Positions 59,419 through 64,000 of a stretch of DNA of 64,000 nt are shown here, one piece after another. Source of the DNA: Trueperaceae bacterium. GTDB taxonomy: Bacteria; Deinococcota; Deinococci; Deinococcales; Trueperaceae. The stretch lies in contig OZ243956.1 of the NCBI GenBank assembly GCA_965214405.1, positions 3,136,001 through 3,200,000 on the forward strand, in the 5' to 3' direction. The notes below the pieces were generated by a model. That model ran no database searches. It was not told the DNA's origin and saw only the letters and a program-made list of their open reading frames with translations. The stretch's first letter is position 1. Each line of letters starts with the position of its first letter. Both the position numbers and the translations under genes were made by a program.

Positions 59419-62400
59419 ATGAGAGCATTTGATAAAGTACAAATCAAGATCGCCAGCCCGGAGCAAATCCGCGGCTGGAGCTACGGGGAAGTCACCAAAC
59501 CCGAAACGATTAACTACCGCACCCTCAAGCCCGAGCGCGACGGTCTATTTGACGAGCGCATCTTTGGGCCTGAAAAAGACTTTGAGTGCGCCTGCGGCAA
59601 GTACAAGCGCCAGCGCTACGAGGGTAAGACCTGCGAGCGCTGCGGCGTCGAGGTCACCAAGGCGACGGTGCGCCGCTACCGGATGGGCCACATCGAACTC
59701 GCCACCGCCGCGGCTCACATCTGGTACGTCAAGGACATCCCGAGCAAGGTGGGGTCGCTCCTCAACTTGTCGACGAGCCAGTTGGAGCAGGTGCTCTACT
59801 TCGCCAAGTACATAGTCACCGACCCGCAGGGCGCGCTCAAAGACGGTAAGCCCTTGCGCCGCGGCGATCTCTTGACCGACGACGAATACCGGATGCTCCG
59901 CTACGGGCACCAAGAAACCTACTCGGTGCCGATGGGCGAGGCTGCGGTCGTGGCCGACGGCGACTACGTCGAGGCGGGGCAGAACCTAGCCAAGGGCGTC
60001 AAGTCCAAGATGGCGGGGCTGGCGCAGTACCGCTTCCCGCGTAAAGTCGTCTTTGACTATCAAGAAGCGCGCGAGGCAACCCTGACGCTGCCCAGCAAGT
60101 CGTGGATCGAAGAGGAGAGCTACAAGAGCGGTCAGCCTCTGGCCGACCTCACCGACGACGTGGTGGTGCGCGCCAAGGCGGAGGGCGTCGTTGAACTCCT
60201 GCCTATCGGCGCGGACGGCGGGCTCCTAAACCTGCGCGACATGGACGAGGACGACGTGACCGCGTCCTACTTCATCCCCACCGGCATGGAACTCTTGACC
60301 GGCGACGGCGAATTTGTCGAGGCGGGCGCGGAACTTGCCAAGGCCCCCAAGGGCGCACAGTTGACCACGCCCAAAGAGGCGACGCTCAGGGTTGACAAGA
60401 ACCGCAAGCGCGGACCCGAATTAGAACTCACCCTTACCGTCAAGTGGGCGCGCCGCGACGAGCACGACATCAACCCCACCATGCACGTGCTCGTCGGCGA
60501 CGGCGCGAGCGTGTCCGAGGGCGACAAGGTCGTGGGCGCGATCGACGCCGCGCAAGAAATCTTGGCCGAGGCCGACGGCGTTATCCACTTGGGCGAGCCC
60601 GCCTCCATCATCGTCTCGCGCGCCAAGATTTACCCTTACAACGACGAGCCCATCGTCGTCAACGGCGACCGGGTGGTGCCGGGGGACGAGCTGGCGGACA
60701 ATGGCCGCGTCAAGGCGGACATCTCGGGCCGCGTCGAGATCGACCTCGTGCGCCGTCAGGTGCGCCTCATCGAGTCGTACGACTTCGAGGCCCGGATGGG
60801 CGCGGAGGCGGTGCGCGAGCTTCTGGACACGATTGACTTAAAGGTGCTCGAGGCCGAGCTGGTCGAAGAGATGGACAGCCCAAGCCGCCACAAGCGCGCC
60901 AAGGCGAGAAAGCGCCTAGAAATCACGCGCTCCTTTATCGCTTCGGGCAACAACCCCGCCTGGATGATTTTGGACGCGGTGCCCATCATGCCCCCCGCGT
61001 TGCGCCCGATGGTGCAGGTCGAGGGCGGGCGCTTTGCGACGTCGGACTTAAACGACCTCTACCGCCGCCTGATTAACCGCAACAACCGCCTCAAAAAGCT
61101 CATGGCGCAGGGCGCGCCCGAGATGATCATCCGCAACGAGAAGCGGATGTTGCAAGAGGCGGTGGACGCACTCATCGACAACGGACGCCGCGGCAACGCG
61201 GTGGTGCATCCCGGCTCGGACCGCCCGCTACGCTCCTTGACCGACCTTTTGGGTGGCAAGCAGGGCCGGTTCCGCCAGAACTTGCTGGGTAAGCGCGTCG
61301 ACTACTCGGGACGGAGCGTCATCGTGGTCGGCCCGCAGCTCAAGCTCCACCAGTGCGGGGTGCCCAAGCGCATGGCGCTGGAGCTGTTCAAGCCCTTTTT
61401 GTTCAAGACCTTGGAAGAGCGCGGCATCGTCTCGAACATCAAGAGCGCGCGCAAACTTTTGGAGCGTTACCGAGACACCCGCGACGAGATTTGGGACGCT
61501 TTGGAAGAAGTTATTCAAGACCGCGTGGTGCTCTTGAACCGCGCGCCGACGCTGCACCGTTTGGGCATCCAGGCCTTTGAGCCCGTTTTGGTCGAGGGTC
61601 AGGCCATCCAGCTTCACCCGCTGGTTTGCGAAGCCTTTAACGCCGACTTCGACGGCGACCAGATGGCGATTCACGTGCCCTTGTCCGTCTACGCGCAGTC
61701 CGAGGGGCGCTTGCAGATGCTCGCGTCGCACAACCTCCTTTCGCCCGCGCACGGCAACCCGAACGTGCAGGCGAGCCGCGACATCATCTTGGGACTGTTC
61801 GTGCTCACCCAAGTCCATATCGGCCGCAAGGGTGTCGGCAACACCTACGACACGACGCGCGACGCGCTTCAGGCCTACGCGGCGGGTGAGTTGGACCTCA
61901 ACAGCAGCATCACCGTGAACGGTCAAGCGACGAGCGCGGGCCGCCTCAAGTACCGCTTCTCTTCGGTTGACGAGGCGCTGCTGGCAGTTAACCGCGGCGA
62001 AATCGACATGCAGGACGTGGTCACGGCCAAAGTCGACGGCGAGACGATGGAGACGAGCCCAGGCCGCATGTTCTTCGCGCGTTTCGTGCGGGAGACGCTG
62101 TCCGAAGACGGCGGCGAGGTACCCGCCTCGATGATTCGCTACGACACCGCGTACGAAAAGAACGCCTTGCGCGACCTTGTGACCGATTCGTTCAAGCTTT
62201 TGGGCATTGAGCGCACCGCCAAACTTTTGGACGCCCTCAAAGACTACGGCTTCGAACTTTCGACCACCTCGGGCATCACCATCGGCATCGACGACGTGGC
62301 AATTCCGCCCAAGAAGCAAGAGCTGTTGGCGGAGGCGCAGGGGAAGCTCGAGCGCATCGAAACGGCTTTCGAGCGCGGCTTTGTGACCGACGCCGAACGC

Positions 62401-63993
62401 TACAACCAGGTCGTGCGGCTCTGGAACGACACCACTGAGGGCGTCAAGCAGGCTGTTTTTGACAACTTCAAGGACAACATGCCCTTTAACCCGCTCTTTG
62501 TGATGGCGCAGTCCGGGGCGCGCGGGAACCCGCAGCAGATTCGCCAGTTGGCCGGGATGCGCGGGCTCATGGCGAAGCCCTCGGGCGAGACCATCGAGCT
62601 GCCCATCCGCGCGAACTTCCGCGAGGGGCTGGACGTGTTGGAATACTTTATCTCGACCCACGGCGCGCGTAAGGGCGGGGCCGACACCGCGCTGCGCACC
62701 GCCGACTCGGGTTACTTGACCCGCAAGCTCGTCGACGTGGCGCACGAGATCGTGGTCCGCGAGAGCGATTGCGGTACCGCCGACTTTTTAGAGGTCCAGT
62801 TCTACACCTCCGAGGGTCGCCTGCGGCCCAAGAGCCAGGTTGACATGAGCCTCTACGGGCGCACGCTGGCGCTCGACTTCGAGGTGGAAGAGCTTTCGTA
62901 CCGCGCGGGCACCATCCTTATGGACGCCGACGTGGCGGCCATCTACACGCGGCTAGCCGACCATCCCGAGGTTCGTGGCGCCGAGGTGCGCTCGCCGCTC
63001 GTCTGCCAGACTCGAGCGGGCGTGTGCCAGCAGTGCTACGGCCTCGACATGTCCTTGATGCGGCTCGTCTCGATCGGCGAGGCGGTGGGCGTCATTGCCG
63101 CCGAGTCGATTGGCGAACCCGGCACCCAGCTCACCATGCGCACCTTCCACACGGGCGGCATCGCCACGGGCGGTGACATCACCCAGGGTCTGCCGCGCGT
63201 CATCGAACTCGTTGAAGCGCGTAAGCCCAAGGTCAAGGCGTTTATTTCCGACCTCGACGGGGTTGTGTCGATTGACGAGGACGAGGACCGCTACCGCCTC
63301 ACGGTCTCTTCGGAAGACGGCGACTTTAGCAAGGTCTACCGCATCGACAAGACGACCCGCTTAGTCGTCCGCGACGGCGACCGGGTCGAGGCGGGCGCGC
63401 AGCTCACCAGGGGCGCGGTCAACCCGCACGACCTCTTGGAGTCCCGCGGCCCCGACGCCGCGCAACGCTACTTGGTCGAGGAGATTCAGCGCGTCTACCG
63501 CGGTCAGGGCGTCTCGGTGCATGACAAGCACATTGAGGTTATCGTCCGGCAGATGCTCAAGTTTGTCGAGATTTTGGAGTCCGGTGATTCCGACCTTTTA
63601 GAGGGGCAGACGGTCGAACGCTTCGACGTTGAAGAAATCAACGACCGCCTGCTTGACGAGGGCAAAGAGCCCGCGAGCTGGAAGCCCGTCTTGTTGGGTA
63701 TCACCAAGGCGAGCCTGTCGACCAAATCCTGGCTCTCCGCGGCCTCGTTCCAGCACACCACGCACGTGCTGACCGAAGCGGCGGTGTCGGGCAAGGCTGA
63801 CGACCTGGTCGGTCTCAAGGAAAACGTCATCTTGGGCCGCCTCATTCCCGCGGGCACGGGGTTAGAGCAAATCCGCGACACCCGCGTGGCCGACGTGCGA
63901 ATGTTGGAACGTCGGCAAGCCGCGCCCGCCCGCGAAGCCGCGAAAGCGCCCGCCCGCCCTGCCGGGGAGAGAGAAAAGCGCCCGGAAGCGTAA
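59419..63993 (+). CDS. rpoC: RNA polymerase beta' subunit (with Deinococcota-type insertion)
   Basis: Zinc finger CACGK...CERC, NADFDGD and QLTMRTFH motifs; 1524 aa. Confidence 0.99.
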   Translation: MRAFDKVQIKIASPEQIRGWSYGEVTKPETINYRTLKPERDGLFDERIFGPEKDFECACGKYKRQRYEGKTCERCGVEVTKATVRRYRMGHIELATAAAHIWYVKDIPSKVGSLLNLSTSQLEQVLYFAKYIVTDPQGALKDGKPLRRGDLLTDDEYRMLRYGHQETYSVPMGEAAVVADGDYVEAGQNLAKGVKSKMAGLAQYRFPRKVVFDYQEAREATLTLPSKSWIEEESYKSGQPLADLTDDVVVRAKAEGVVELLPIGADGGLLNLRDMDEDDVTASYFIPTGMELLTGDGEFVEAGAELAKAPKGAQLTTPKEATLRVDKNRKRGPELELTLTVKWARRDEHDINPTMHVLVGDGASVSEGDKVVGAIDAAQEILAEADGVIHLGEPASIIVSRAKIYPYNDEPIVVNGDRVVPGDELADNGRVKADISGRVEIDLVRRQVRLIESYDFEARMGAEAVRELLDTIDLKVLEAELVEEMDSPSRHKRAKARKRLEITRSFIASGNNPAWMILDAVPIMPPALRPMVQVEGGRFATSDLNDLYRRLINRNNRLKKLMAQGAPEMIIRNEKRMLQEAVDALIDNGRRGNAVVHPGSDRPLRSLTDLLGGKQGRFRQNLLGKRVDYSGRSVIVVGPQLKLHQCGVPKRMALELFKPFLFKTLEERGIVSNIKSARKLLERYRDTRDEIWDALEEVIQDRVVLLNRAPTLHRLGIQAFEPVLVEGQAIQLHPLVCEAFNADFDGDQMAIHVPLSVYAQSEGRLQMLASHNLLSPAHGNPNVQASRDIILGLFVLTQVHIGRKGVGNTYDTTRDALQAYAAGELDLNSSITVNGQATSAGRLKYRFSSVDEALLAVNRGEIDMQDVVTAKVDGETMETSPGRMFFARFVRETLSEDGGEVPASMIRYDTAYEKNALRDLVTDSFKLLGIERTAKLLDALKDYGFELSTTSGITIGIDDVAIPPKKQELLAEAQGKLERIETAFERGFVTDAERYNQVVRLWNDTTEGVKQAVFDNFKDNMPFNPLFVMAQSGARGNPQQIRQLAGMRGLMAKPSGETIELPIRANFREGLDVLEYFISTHGARKGGADTALRTADSGYLTRKLVDVAHEIVVRESDCGTADFLEVQFYTSEGRLRPKSQVDMSLYGRTLALDFEVEELSYRAGTILMDADVAAIYTRLADHPEVRGAEVRSPLVCQTRAGVCQQCYGLDMSLMRLVSIGEAVGVIAAESIGEPGTQLTMRTFHTGGIATGGDITQGLPRVIELVEARKPKVKAFISDLDGVVSIDEDEDRYRLTVSSEDGDFSKVYRIDKTTRLVVRDGDRVEAGAQLTRGAVNPHDLLESRGPDAAQRYLVEEIQRVYRGQGVSVHDKHIEVIVRQMLKFVEILESGDSDLLEGQTVERFDVEEINDRLLDEGKEPASWKPVLLGITKASLSTKSWLSAASFQHTTHVLTEAAVSGKADDLVGLKENVILGRLIPAGTGLEQIRDTRVADVRMLERRQAAPAREAAKAPARPAGEREKRPEA

Positions 63994-64000
63994 GTTCGGA

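Noticed and set aside
59900..60780. RpoC insertion as a novel domain or intein
   Set aside because: Position and size fit the known Thermus/Deinococcus beta' lineage-specific insertion, and no intein splice motifs were seen.
61228..62745. Long antisense ORFs (505 aa here; also 5776-6747, 47708-48733, 23771-24670 and others)
   Set aside because: They are shadow frames of well-supported genes, expected at high GC3, and carry no motifs.

Overview
GC-rich chromosomal window, very probably from a Deinococcota bacterium (Trueperaceae/Thermus-like). This rests on the 1524-aa RpoC with a large N-terminal lineage-specific insertion and on many apparently leaderless genes. From left to right: (1) 1-16.5 kb metabolic and transport genes: an atypical argininosuccinate-lyase-family gene, an amidohydrolase, a secreted PIG-L deacetylase, a family-5 ABC importer, a secreted CxxCH protein, two MFS transporters and a thioesterase. 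(2) mutM and hisA; mutM appears to start at a non-canonical ATC codon. (3) A ~12-kb defence island (18.1-30.1 kb) built around a PLD-nuclease/SNF2-helicase gene and a Type IIG-like N6-adenine methyltransferase. It holds seven toxin-antitoxin modules, several with dead toxins, and an IS5 element that split an MNT antitoxin. Downstream TA blocks are separated by degenerate copies of the methyltransferase's own 3' end, suggesting cassette-like accretion. (4) A WYL regulator with an SDR gene, and a duplicated-domain hypothetical. (5) yceD-rpmF-fabH-fabD-fabG-acpP-fabF, two peptidases, xdhAB-Uma2-xdhC and aceB. (6) The core tRNA(Thr/Tyr/Gly/Thr)-tuf-rpmG-secE-nusG-rplKAJL-rpoBC cluster. Window-wide signals are strong over-representation of the palindrome CTCGAG and a small dispersed structured repeat. 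No CRISPR array or rRNA was seen. All family calls come from motif recognition by eye, not database searches.
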